From Felis catus (Eukaryota), in assembly GCF_018350175.1 (NCBI RefSeq), contig NC_058375.1, positions 24,366,001 to 24,430,000 on the forward strand: a DNA stretch of 64,000 nucleotides. The letters run 5' to 3'. How positions within the stretch are numbered: position 1 is the first letter of the stretch; the number at the start of each line of letters is the position of its first letter. The notes beneath the pieces were generated by a model. It was not told where the DNA came from and ran no database searches. It worked only from the letters and a program-made list of their open reading frames with translations. Positions 45,326 through 57,300 of the stretch are shown here, piece by piece. Both the position numbers and the translations under genes were made by a program.

Positions 45326-48300
45326 ATGGCGCAGACTCAGGGCACCCGGAGGAAAGTCTGTTACTACTACGACGGTGAGCTCCGTGCGCGTGGCGGGGGC
45401 GGGGGCGGGGCCGCGCCGGGCCGGATCCAGGAGAGGGAGGCTGAGGAGATGTGAGCGGGGAGGCTGGGAGAGGCTGAGGCGTTGGGGAAAGGCTGAGAGA
45501 GGAGGCTGCGAGGAGGTCGAGGCTGAGAGAGGAGGCTGAGAGGAAGGAGGTCGAGACTGAGGGAGGAGGCTCAGAGGAAAGCGGTCAGGGTGAGGGAGGA
45601 GGCTGAGAGCAGGAGGTCGAGGCTGAGGGAGGAGGCTCAGAGGAAAGAGGTCAGGGTGAGGGAGGAGGCTGAGAGCAGGAGGTCGAGACTGAGGGAGGAG
45701 GCTCAGAGGAAAGGAAGGGAAGTCGAGGCCGAGGGAAGAGGCTGAGGCCGAGCGGGGGTCGTCTGGAGAAGCTTGGGGTAACTTGGTGGCGAGGGGCGGA
45801 GAAGGGGGGAATCCTCAGGAAGCTTTATGGGGAGAGTTTTAGTGGGACTCCTGGAGGGGAGGCTGAGTCTGAGCGGGGAGGCAGGATCTGGTGGAGAAGT
45901 GTGCAACGATCTATTTGCCTGCTGAGAATACAAAAGTCTTCCTCTGCCCCTTTGCTTCCTCATCCTTTTTGGTGAGAGTCCTGCGGAGTCCCCACCTCCT
46001 GTCACCAGCCTCCCCTCCCCCAGTCTCTGAGCTGGGCCTGCAGTTGCTGCTGGGAAATGGGGCCCCTGGGCTTGGAAGGAGAAAGTCGCAACCTGTTAAA
46101 ACAGACTTTTTCATTTAACAAAAGCCTATGGAGCAGCTTACTCTGTACTGGGGATGATTAGCTGCTGGGACCATGGGGCTGATCAGGTCACTTCCTATCT
46201 TCTTCTCAGTCTGGAAGGGGAGATAGACAGTGGCAGGGAACTGCTCTCCAGTGTCATGCTGGGATAAAGGAAAGCTCAGAGTGTTTTGGGAGCACAGAGG
46301 AGAGGCACTCAGCCCAGCCTGGGGAGTCAGGGAGGGAGGTGCCATCTTGGACCCGAAGAACAGGAGTTATTAGCCAAGCTCCGGGAAGGCAAAGGTGACA
46401 GTAAGTTTAGAGGTAAGAGAGAGGACAGCATTTTTGAAAGCAGGTGTGTGTACAGCATGGCTGAGGCATAGGTTTGAGGGCAGAGTGTAGAAGGTCAGGA
46501 AATAGGGTGGAGGGAAAGGTTGCAAGTGATGAGGCTTGAACCTCATGATCTGGGGACCAGATCATGAAGGGCTGGACACACTGTCTTAAGGAAGTTGGAC
46601 TTTATTGTGAGTGCACTTGTGAATCATTGAAGTTTTATGCAGGTTGTGACATCATCAGTTTTATACCTCAGACCTATCACTCTGAGACGAAATTGAATTC
46701 GCCAGTGTACGGGTAAGGAAGACGGCAAGGATCCCAAACTTCTGGGTTGGGCAGTTTGATGTTGAGTGTTTGGAGAAGGTTATGTCAGTTAATAACTTTG
46801 GGTTTGGGGTTTTTTTTAAGAAGTATTTTTTGAGGGCTATCCCTACTAGGGGATATCCAAGTAGAGGCATCCAGTAGGCAGTTGGCCATTCAGGTCGCCA
46901 TTTTTATTTTTATTTTTTTCAATTAATTTTGAGAGAGAGAGAGGCAGAGTGCGAGCAGGGGCTGGGCAGAGAGAGAAGGAGACAAGAATCTGAGGCAGGC
47001 TTCAGGCTCTGAGCTGTCAGCACAGAGCCCAATGCAGGGCTTGAACTCACTAGCCGTGAGATCATAGCCTTAGCCGACGCCTGACGCTTAACCAACTGAG
47101 CCACCCAGGTGCCCCCAGGTTGGCCATTTAGAAGACAAAAATGAGAAGATAGAGATTTTTGGTAGTTGTCAGCATGCAGATGGTAATTTTAGTTATGGAA
47201 GAGGATGCAATCACCCAAGAAGTTGTATAGCGTGGGAAGAGAAGAAGATCAGAGTGGAATTCTAAGGACATGCACTGAGGAAAAGTCTAGTGCCCTTCAT
47301 GCTCTGTATTCCCCTGTCGTAGCACTTGTCACTGTGTGTTGGAATTGCCCATTTACTTGTTCGTTCTTCTTAGACAGTAATCTCCTTAGGGAAAGAGACC
47401 ATGTCTTGTCTAGCTCTGTATGCTCAGCCCCCAGAACAATGCCTAGCTCAGAGTAGGCTGTCAATAAATACTTGCCGATTAAATTGTACAGAGGGAATGT
47501 AAGTGAACCAGAAAGTCTTGGGTTACAGTAGCCAAAAGATGGAAGGAGTGGCCAAGTGTTGGCAAGAACTGTTTTGTGTGTACAGTTTGGAACTGAAGTG
47601 AGATTGCGGTAGATTGAAGAATGAATGGATGGGTGAAGAGAAGACATCAGATTGAACCCTTTTCTTTTTTTTTTTTTTTTTTAATTTTTTTTTTAACATT
47701 TATTTATTTTTGAGACAGAGAGAGACAGAGCATTAACGGGGGAGGGTCAGAGAGAGGGAGACACAGAATCTGAAACAGGCTCCAGGCTCTGAGCTGTCAG
47801 CACAGAGCCTGACGCGGGGCTCGAACCCACGGACCGTGAGATCATGACCTGAGCTGAAGTTGGCCGCTTAACCGACTGAGCCACCGAGGTGCCCCAAGAT
47901 TGAACCCTTTTCAAAGGAAGCTTGGTTGGGGCAGAGAGAGAGGGTTGTTGATACAGGGGGATGTAGTGGCTGAGAGTTGAGCATATTCAAAATTTGAATG
48001 GTAAATAGCCAGGGGGAGGGGTTGAAGATACAGGAAAGAGAGGGATGGGTAATGATGGAGGTTCCTGAAGAGACCAGGTGAGATGGAAACCAGAGCACAG
48101 GTATGGACACTAGCCTTCAGGGGGAAGTTTCTTCATGATGAGAGGCAAGGAAAAGTTCAAATGTAGGCAAGTTTGATGAAGAGAAAGTTGGAGTTTTCAA
48201 GATGAGGTAATAGATTATTTCTTTTCCTGTGAGTGGGGGGAGGGTAGTTGGTAGAGTAGGAATCTTGAGAGAGATAGCTGTGAAGTAGCTGTTGTGAAAG

Positions 48301-51300
48301 AGGGAGGTAGGAAAATAAATTTGGAAGAGTTGCTGGGCAGTGGTGAGGGCCTATTTGGGGCTGGAGCCTGCGACTTTGTAGCTGTATCGGTTTGCACTGT
48401 TTTATGATCTCTCCACCATTAGTTTAAAAAGAGAAAAAGTGGAAAGACTGCAGTTTTTAGGCAAGAGAGATTTCTTACTCCTTGAGAAACCGCTTGTGAG
48501 TTTTGCAGTGAGGTCACTAGCTTGGGACTCAGACTTGGTTCTGCCCCTCAGAAGCTTTGCAGTATTGGGCAAGTCACTTTACCTTTGCAGGCCTCAGGTC
48601 ACTCTCCTATAAAACTGAAAAACTTTGAGAACAATGGGAGAAGCTTTCCACAAGTTTAAAGGTAGTATCTAAAGGAAAATGATTATTTCTTTTAAAAGTC
48701 TCTTAGCAACTGGATTAAAAGCTGTTAAGAAAAGGATGGTGTCTGGGCCCCACCCTCAGGTACTCCCCTAGCCTTCTAGATAAGTTATCTTCGTCCCCCA
48801 AGTCTAAGCCTTGGCTGAATTCAGGTTTGATAGGCAGAGGAGTTGCTGGGGATCAAGGCCCAGGCCAGAGACCTGGATAAGCCGTGATCTAATTATGTAA
48901 CAGTAATGGTCATGTTACTGACTGCCTTCAAATTGGGTCTGCATCTGGATGTCTCAGCCAATGCCTTGAAAACCTATTCTGTCAATCCTCATAGCTGATA
49001 AGCTTGTCTGAGGGTCTCTGGGAGCAAAATTTTCTGCCTGCCTCCTCTGCTACTGCATCTCAAAGTCTGTCTCTATGGGACAAGGGTCCCAGTTGAATGC
49101 CATCAAATACTGTACTCTGCCTTGCGGCTCTGGCTAAGAGCACAGTTCCTGCCCTCAGAGGCCTGCCTAAGATTAAGAGAAGAGGGTAAAAGGACATTAA
49201 GCAAAAACTAAGGAAAACTAAGAAAATTTGAATAAAGCATGGGCTTCTTTTTAGTTAATGACACTGTATCAATATTGGTTCATTAACTGTAACAAATACT
49301 TCTTATTTTATCATGTAGAATGCTAATAATAGGGGAAACTGCCTATGAGGTATCTGAGAACTCTATCTTTGCAATTTTTCTGTAAATCTAAAATTGTTCT
49401 AAAAAGTAGTCTAATAAAAAGACAGAGAAGAGGGTGAGATCCTAAATATCCAACTGTTTAGAAGTTTCCCATTGTCCCAGGCCATGTCTATGACCAAGAG
49501 TATTGGAGTGTGGCTTGGATACTATTGGTGGCATTTCCCACAATGCATTGCTCCCTGGAATGAATTCTGTTACTCGTGCCACCAAATCACAGTGCATAAG
49601 AGGTTGGGACCTTCTTTTCACTGGTGCTCAAAGATCTGCCTCGTCTTGATGGACTTCTAAGGCGAGAGAGATGTATCCTTGGGTGTGCAGTTCACTTGAT
49701 TTTTGTGCTGTTTTTTGGCTTTTAACTTTTTCATTAAAAATTTTTTTTTCTTGGGTTTATTTATTTTGAGAGAGAGAGAGCATGCACAAGCAGAGAGGAA
49801 GGGCAAAGAGAGAGGGAGACAGAGGATCCAAAATGGGCTCTGTGCTGATAGCAGAGAGCCTGACGTGGGGCTCGAACTCAAGAACTGTGAGATTATGACC
49901 TGAGCCAAAGTCAGATGCTTAACTGACTGAGCCACCCAGGCACCCCAGTTTTTTCATTTTTTTATAGTAAGCTCTGTGCCCAAGATGGGGCTTGACCTCA
50001 CAACCCTGAGATCAAGAATCGCATGCTCTAGCAACTGAGCCAGCCAGGCGCCCCCACTTGATTTCTGGAATATTTGTTCCAGGAACTTTGTGGCAAGTAG
50101 ATTCACAGAGCCCTCTGGTTTAAGTGCAAATTGAAGTAAGTGTCTGGTAAACCCAATGTAGCTTTTAGGATACTGAATTTGGAGTCAGAAGAGTCGACCC
50201 CTGGATCAGTTATTGGTTGTGTGATCCTGAGCAGGCACTTAACCTCTCTGAATCTCACTGAGTTCAGTTCCTTGAATCTTTATTCAGCTTCTGTGATGTA
50301 CAGGGCATATTTGTCCTTGTCTTCAAGGAGCAGCCAGTCTTAGGAATATAAATAGATATGTAAGGGGACACCTGGGTGGCTTCAGTTAGTTCTAAGTGTC
50401 TAACTCTTGAGTTCAGCTCGGGTTGTGATCTCATGGTCATGGGATTGAGCCCCACATCAGGCTTCCCACTGATCTTGGAGCTTGCTTCGGACTCTCTTTC
50501 CCTCTGTGCCCCTCTTCTGCTCTTGTGCGCGTGCGCTCTCTCCCTCTCTCAAAATAAATGAATAGATAAAAATAGATATGTAAGTAATTCAGATACAAAA
50601 CAAAATTTGTTAAGTGATATATACAAATTGTATACAGAGGAAAGGACCATTTATTTTGATCAGGAATATGTTTGGCACTTAAGCTGGGCTTTGTTGTATG
50701 AGGATCATCAGAAAAGGAAGGACAATCCAGGTCAAAGGAACAGTCTGAACAAAGGCTACTTGGGTGTGAAGGTGAATGCCATGTTCAGGATGCTGATAAT
50801 AATCTAGTGTGTTTAGAACAGAGATTGGCAAATTTTCTGTAAAGGGCCAAATAGTAAATATTTTTCACTTCGTGTGCCATATGGGTGGGTCTCTGTGGCA
50901 ACTATTTACTCAGCTCTGTTATTATAATGTGAAAGCAGCCATAGACAATATTTAAACTAATGGGCATGGCTGTGTTCCAGTAAAATTTTATTTACAAAAA
51001 ACAGGCAGCCAATTGTATTTGGCTCAAGGGTCATAGTTTGCCTATTCCACTTTGGAGCGGAGAACTGCGAGAGGGAGAAAGGGAGGGAGAGGGAGAGTGT
51101 TGTGGGTTGAATGCCAGGCTAGTGAAGTTGTTCTTTATCCTGTAGGAGATGGGGAGCCATTCAGGATTTTTTGAGCAGAGGAATGATGTTATGAAAGCTG
51201 TGTATTAGAAAAATAACTGGTCGTTGTAGTAGATAGTTTGAATTGAAGGCAGAGGAATCAATTAGAAGTCTTTTGCTATAGATGAAGCAAGAGATGATAA

Positions 51301-54300
51301 GAACTTAGTTTTCTTATTTATAAAATTAGAATAATACTTCCTGTTCTAACTATTTTATGGGGTTATTGTGAAGATCCAGTAAGAAAACTAATGTAAATGT
51401 GCTTTGACTCCATAAAGTGTCACAGCATGATAAAGGTGAACTGTGACTTATAATAATTCTGAGTACTAACGGTTATTTTTCTGTTGTGGGAGTGAATTCT
51501 TTGGAGATATATAGTGGGGTGAGTCACTCACTGCCTGTTATTCCCGAGTAGCTTTGGAATGAACCCCTTACACTGTCTAGTTCCTGTGGACTAGACTTAA
51601 CATCCTTAAATGCTGACCTCACCAGGGTCCTCTGCTTTTTTTTTTTTTAATGTTTATTTAGAGCACGCACACATGGAGGGGAGGGGCAGAGAGAGAGGGA
51701 GAGCAAGAGAATCCCAAGCAGGCTATGTGCTGTCAGCCCAGAGCCCAACTCAGAGCTCAAACTCACGAACCATGAGATCATGACCTGAGCCAAAATCAAG
51801 AGTTGGATGCTTAACTGACTAAGCCACCCAGGCGTCCCTGCTTGCTTTTTTTTTAAATTTTGGAGTTACCCTTCCTCAAGCTGGGTAGAATCTTGGAGAC
51901 TAGAACGAAAGAGAAAAAGAATTTGACTAGGAGATAGTTATAAAGATTCCTGGATTCTCTTGGGAGTGTATGTCGAACTGTGTCACTGAAACTGTCACTC
52001 TTTTTTCTTCAGGGGATGTTGGAAATTACTATTATGGACAAGGCCACCCAATGAAGCCTCACCGAATCCGCATGACTCACAATTTGCTACTTAACTATGG
52101 TCTCTATCGAAAAATGGAAATATATGTGAGTTACTGGGAGCCCTACCCCTCTCTAACCTCATCAGCTCTGGTCATAGTTATTCATCTCATTTTCTCAACT
52201 ACTCATTCATCAAATGTGTTGAGTGGCTATTATGTGGCAGACACTGTAAATGATAGAGATTTCTGTTTTTAAAGGGTTCACTCCAGTGCTGGAGACTGAC
52301 ATGTATACAAATAAGTTGTACTACAGTCTATTATAAGTGCAATAATTAAAAAATGTACAAGATGCAGAGATAATAAAGAGTGAAGGAGGAAGGGAGCCTT
52401 GGAATGTTTTCTAGAGGTGATATCTGAGCACAATTTTAGAGACTGAATAGAATTTAGCCTGGAGTTCAGGAGGAGACCGACATTCTAGACCAAGGGAAAA
52501 GCATAGACAAAAGGCAAAAAGAGGTGAGGACAATATGATGTGTTGGGGAACTGCTACAAGTAGTTCGATGCGCAAGTAGTACTGTAGTGTAAAGTTCACA
52601 GGTATGAGTGAGGGGACCTAGAACTGGAGAGGCCAGAAAGGATTGGATGTGCTGTGCTACGTGACAAGCAGCTCTGACGGGCAAGAGTCAAAAAATCCAA
52701 TGTTGAAATGGGGATTGTGTTGAACTAGACGCCCAAGTCTCTACTGGGCGTTACTGGAGAGCATGGACTATCTAAGTTCTTTAAAAAAAATTTTTTTTTA
52801 ATGTTTGTTTACTTTTGAGAGAGAGAGAGAAAGAGACAGAGTGCAAGCAGGGGAGGGGCAGAGAGAGAGGGAGACACAGAATCGGAAGCAGGCTCCAGGC
52901 TCTGAGTTGTCAGCACAGAGCCCAACGCAGGGCTGGAACCCACGAACCGTGAGATCATGACCTGAGCCGAAGTTGGATGCTTAACCGACTGAGCCACTCA
53001 GGCTCCCCTAGACTGTCTAACTTCTTGACTCAGTTCCAGCTGATTTTTGCCCATCTACAAGTTTTTAAAGAGAAGCTGGAAATCCACATTATTATGTAAA
53101 ATTGCCTGGGTTTCAAATATTGACCCAAGTTGGTTTTTTGGTTTTGTTTTTTGTTTTTTAAAACATGTTCAAACAAAAACACATCAGTACATCTGTGGAC
53201 TAAATTTGGTCCAAAGGTTCCCAGTTTGAACCTCTTCTGGAGGCAGTGAGGAAAAAGTAATGGATTTTGTTTTATTTTATTTTTTTAAGTTTGTATGTAT
53301 GTATGTATGTATGTATGTATGTATGTATTTATTTATTTTAATGTTTATTCATTTTTGAAAGACAGAGAGAGACAGAGCACAAGCAGGAGTGGGGTGGAGA
53401 GAGAGGGGGACACAGAATCCGAAGCAGGCTCCAGGCTCTGAGCCGTCAGCACAGAGCTCGACACGGGGCTCGAACTCACAAACCGCGAGATCATGACCCG
53501 AGCCGAAGTCGGACACTCAACCGACTGAGCCACCCAGGCGCCCTTAAGTTTTTTTTTAATGTTTATACCTGCCATGGGGCTCGATCTCACAATCACAAGA
53601 TCAAGAGTCTCCTACTCCACCAACTGAACCAGCCAGGGGCCCCCAGGCATGCATTTTAGAAGGAGGGAAGCCAGTTAGGAGGCTGTTGCAACGATCCAAA
53701 TGAGAAAATCAAAAAGGGCTGAGGACTCGTGTTGCCTTATGGTTAGAGCCTAAGAGTCTGTGGTTGAAGTCTGTGCCGGCAGCTTAAGTATCCTAGCAAC
53801 AGCAGTATCCTTCCTCACCATTCCAGAGACTGAAAGAAGATGAGTCTTCTGTCTCAGATGGCCATGTTATGTCCCCAGAGCCACTGGAGGCAGCTGAGGA
53901 AGCAAGGAGGGAAGGGAGACAGAGGAGCAGACGGACCTTGGGACCAGAGAGCTTTTTCAGGTGTGAAAGGCAGCTGGGAATGAAAAACATAAAAAAGGTA
54001 GCAGAGGTTTTGAGGGACTCTAGGGAGGAGACTAACATTTAGATAAAGAGAGGATACCTAAACGTGGAATAGCAAGCACCAAGACCTTCCGGAGATGCCT
54101 CTTGCACGTGTATACCATGCTAATCTGGCCATGACTTGTCTCCTTTCCTGCTACTCCCCTCTCAGAACCCTCCAAGTCAGCCAGATCAGATTCTGCCTCT
54201 TTCCACCCCATCCTGATTGGGAGGAGTATTTAATCTGCCAGTCATATCTTACTCATCTTCAAGTCACCTCAAGCCCTCTTTCTTTCATTCAACAGATTTT

Positions 54301-57300
54301 TGTTGAGTACTTGTCATACCCCAGGGACTATATTAACCTCCATGAGTGATATTGAGATACTAAAAAATGGATCCTATCTTCAAGTGAGAGGAAAAATAAA
54401 CTAACATTTATTGAAGATTGCTAGTTCTAAGCCAGAGCCACTTGTTATTTCGTGTAATCCATATAGCAGCCTTAATTTATAGATGAGAAAACAAGGTCAG
54501 AGAGGATAATTAACAGGTTCAAGATCACAAAATCACATGAACTAAGACTCCAACTCAGATATATCTGGTTCCAGAGTCTTTATCTGTTAATTTGTCCTAT
54601 TCCCTCTTCCCAAGCAGCATTTTAACAAGAAGCCTAGAGGTAGAATGTCTCAAGATTTTTTGGTGATGTCATCAGGGACCCAGGCTTATTCTGTTTATCC
54701 TTCTGCTCAATCATCCTTAGTTTATTTGATTTTATCCTTTTGTTTTTTGCCTTGAAATCACATGATGGCTGTCTTAGCTCCAAGTACCATGTCTTCATAT
54801 GACAGAATCCAAAGAGGAAGGAAACAGGCAAAATGGATCATTTTCTACTATTTCCACACACACCCCTCCCCTTTTTATTAAATAGCAAAACCCTTCCTAG
54901 AAGTTTCCCAACAGATCTCCCTTTAAATCTCATTGGGTCATTTGCCATCCTTAGACTATTCACCGGCAATTGGCTTAGACTAATCACATTTGATCCCTTC
55001 GGCTGAGTACATTAACACCCAACCAAATTGAGATCTGTTAACAAGAAGGTAGAGAATGGCTCTTTGGGAAGCATCTAACAGTGGCTGTCATAGAGATAAT
55101 AAATAATATCTTACTGGAAATTACTTCATCTGTGTGGTGTTCTTATTGTAAACTTGTAAAACAAAATTCCAGTATAATCTCTTTCTTAAAAATCTAGACT
55201 TGCTCTCTTTAGTGTGATCTGTTTCCTTCTTTGGCCACTGAGTATGAATCTTCTTCAGTCTTCTTCCCCCAACGGTTCATCCCTTCTAGACTTCTCTGTG
55301 CTGTGATCCTAGTTTTCTTTTCCCAAAGCACAGATAGCCATTTTAGTATATGTCCTGAAATTGATGGCTTTTTGGGTCAATCCTAGAAGAAGCTCCTTAG
55401 ACTTCTTACAGAAGTTGTTGTATTCTGGGGCACCTGGCTGGCTCAGTCAGTAGAGAATGCACCTCTTGATCTTGGGATTGTAAGTTTGAGCCCTACAGTG
55501 GGTGCAGAGATAACTTAAAAACAAAATCTTTAAAGGGGGGGGGGGGAAAGCAGTTTCTGTATTCCATCTCTGTACCTGAAGGAGACATGTTGAAGTCTTT
55601 CACACAGTTGGTCCCTCCCCCAATTCTGCCTCCACACATCTAATTAATCTCTCCCAGAATCTACATCCTCATTTTTCATCCAGGAACCTTCTTATTTACA
55701 TAATCAACAATTCTGCTCTCTTCCTTGCCTTGGATGCTAATTTTGTATATTCCCAGGCTTCTTATTCATCGCCTTCTGTTCTTTTGTGCTTTTTTTTAAA
55801 AATGTTTTTATAAAATATTGAGTAGATATGAAAAAATTTTTATAAAATATGTGGAAGGTATAAAGAATCACAATTCACTTAATACCACCTAGTTTAAGAA
55901 AACAAACATTGCCATGACTGCTAAAGCCCCTATATGCTCTTCCCTGATCCTGTCTACTTTCTTCTTCCCCAGAGTTAACCTCTGTCCTGAANNNNNNNNN
56001 NNNNNNNNNNNNNNNNNNNNNNNNNNNNNNNNNNNNNNNNNNNNNNNNNNNNNNNNNNNNNNNNNNNNNNNNNNNNNNNNNNNNNNNNNNNNNNNNNNNN
56101 NNNNNNNNNNNNNNNNNNNNNNNNNNNNNNNNNNNNNNNNNNNNACGGGGGAGGGGCAGAGAGAGAGGGAGACACAGAATCGGAAACAGGCTCCAGGCTC
56201 TGAGCCATCAGCCCAGAGCCCGACGTGGGGCTCGAACTCACGGACCGCGAGATCGTGACCTGGCTGAAGTCGGACGCTTAACCGACTGCACCACCCAGGC
56301 GCCCCAAATTTTTGTTATTTTAGAGAGAGCGCGTGTGCAAGCAGGGGAGAGGGGTGGGGGACAGAGAGAGAATCTTAAGCAGGCTCCATGCTCCCTGCAG
56401 AGTCCCAACTGGAGCTTGATCGCACAACCTGAGCCGAAATAACCCGAGCCAAAATGCAGAGTCAGATGCTCAACGAACTGGGCCATCCAGGCACCCCTAT
56501 TTCCTTGTTTTTTAAAAATAATTTTGCCAGGGGGGCCTGAGTGGCTCCGTTGAGCGTCCGACTTCGCTCAGGTCATGATCTCGTGGCCAGTGAGTTCGAG
56601 CCCCGCATCGGGCTCTGTGCTGACAGCTCAGAGCCTGGAGCCTGTTTCAGATTCTGTCTCCCTCTCTCTCTGGCCCTCCCCCATTCATACTCTGTCTCTC
56701 TCTCTCTGTCTCAAAAATAAATAAACGTTAAAAAAAAAAAAAAAAATAATTTTGCCAGTACGTATTCTTAAATGATACATGTTTTAGTTTTACGTGTTTG
56801 AATATTAATGTAAATGGAATCATACAGTATTATTATGTGACTTACTTGCCTTTTTTGTTCAACATGTTCCTGAGAGTCATACATGTTGATGGATGTAGCT
56901 AGACTTATTTTCACTGAAAGAATATAGTACAGAATATAATATATTCTTTCACTGAAAGAATATAGGACTTATTTTCACTGAAAGAATATAGTGCATATAG
57001 GACATATGCACATATTTACCCTTATTAGATAATGTTAAAATGGTTTTCAGTTGCCACCAGTGTAGAATTAAAGTTGCTCTCAGTCCTTGCCAACACTTAA
57101 TATTGTCATATTTAATTTTTTTGTCTGTTTAGGTTGGTGTGAAATGATACTTACTATGGTTTTGATTAGTATTTCCCTGTTTACTAGGGAGATTGAGGAT
57201 TTTTCTGTATGTTTATTGGTCATTCAGTTTTCCTTATTGAAGTCCCTATTCAAGCCTTTTATCCATTTTCTTATTTGTTCTGTTTTTGTTTTTGTTTTGA

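Noticed and set aside
45545-45713. CRISPR-like or prokaryotic repeat-spacer array
   Set aside because: Mammalian intron; repeats are contiguous with no unique spacers and no cas genes.
53805-53812. GTATCCTT U12-donor-like words in introns (also ~30802 and ~49674)
   Set aside because: No associated exon or matching branch site/acceptor; an 8-mer can occur by chance at this scale.
53793-54041. Open, purine-rich stretch in HDAC1 intron 2 as possible retrocopy or cryptic exon
   Set aside because: Translation matches nothing I recognise; no polyA tail, TSD or convincing splice pair.
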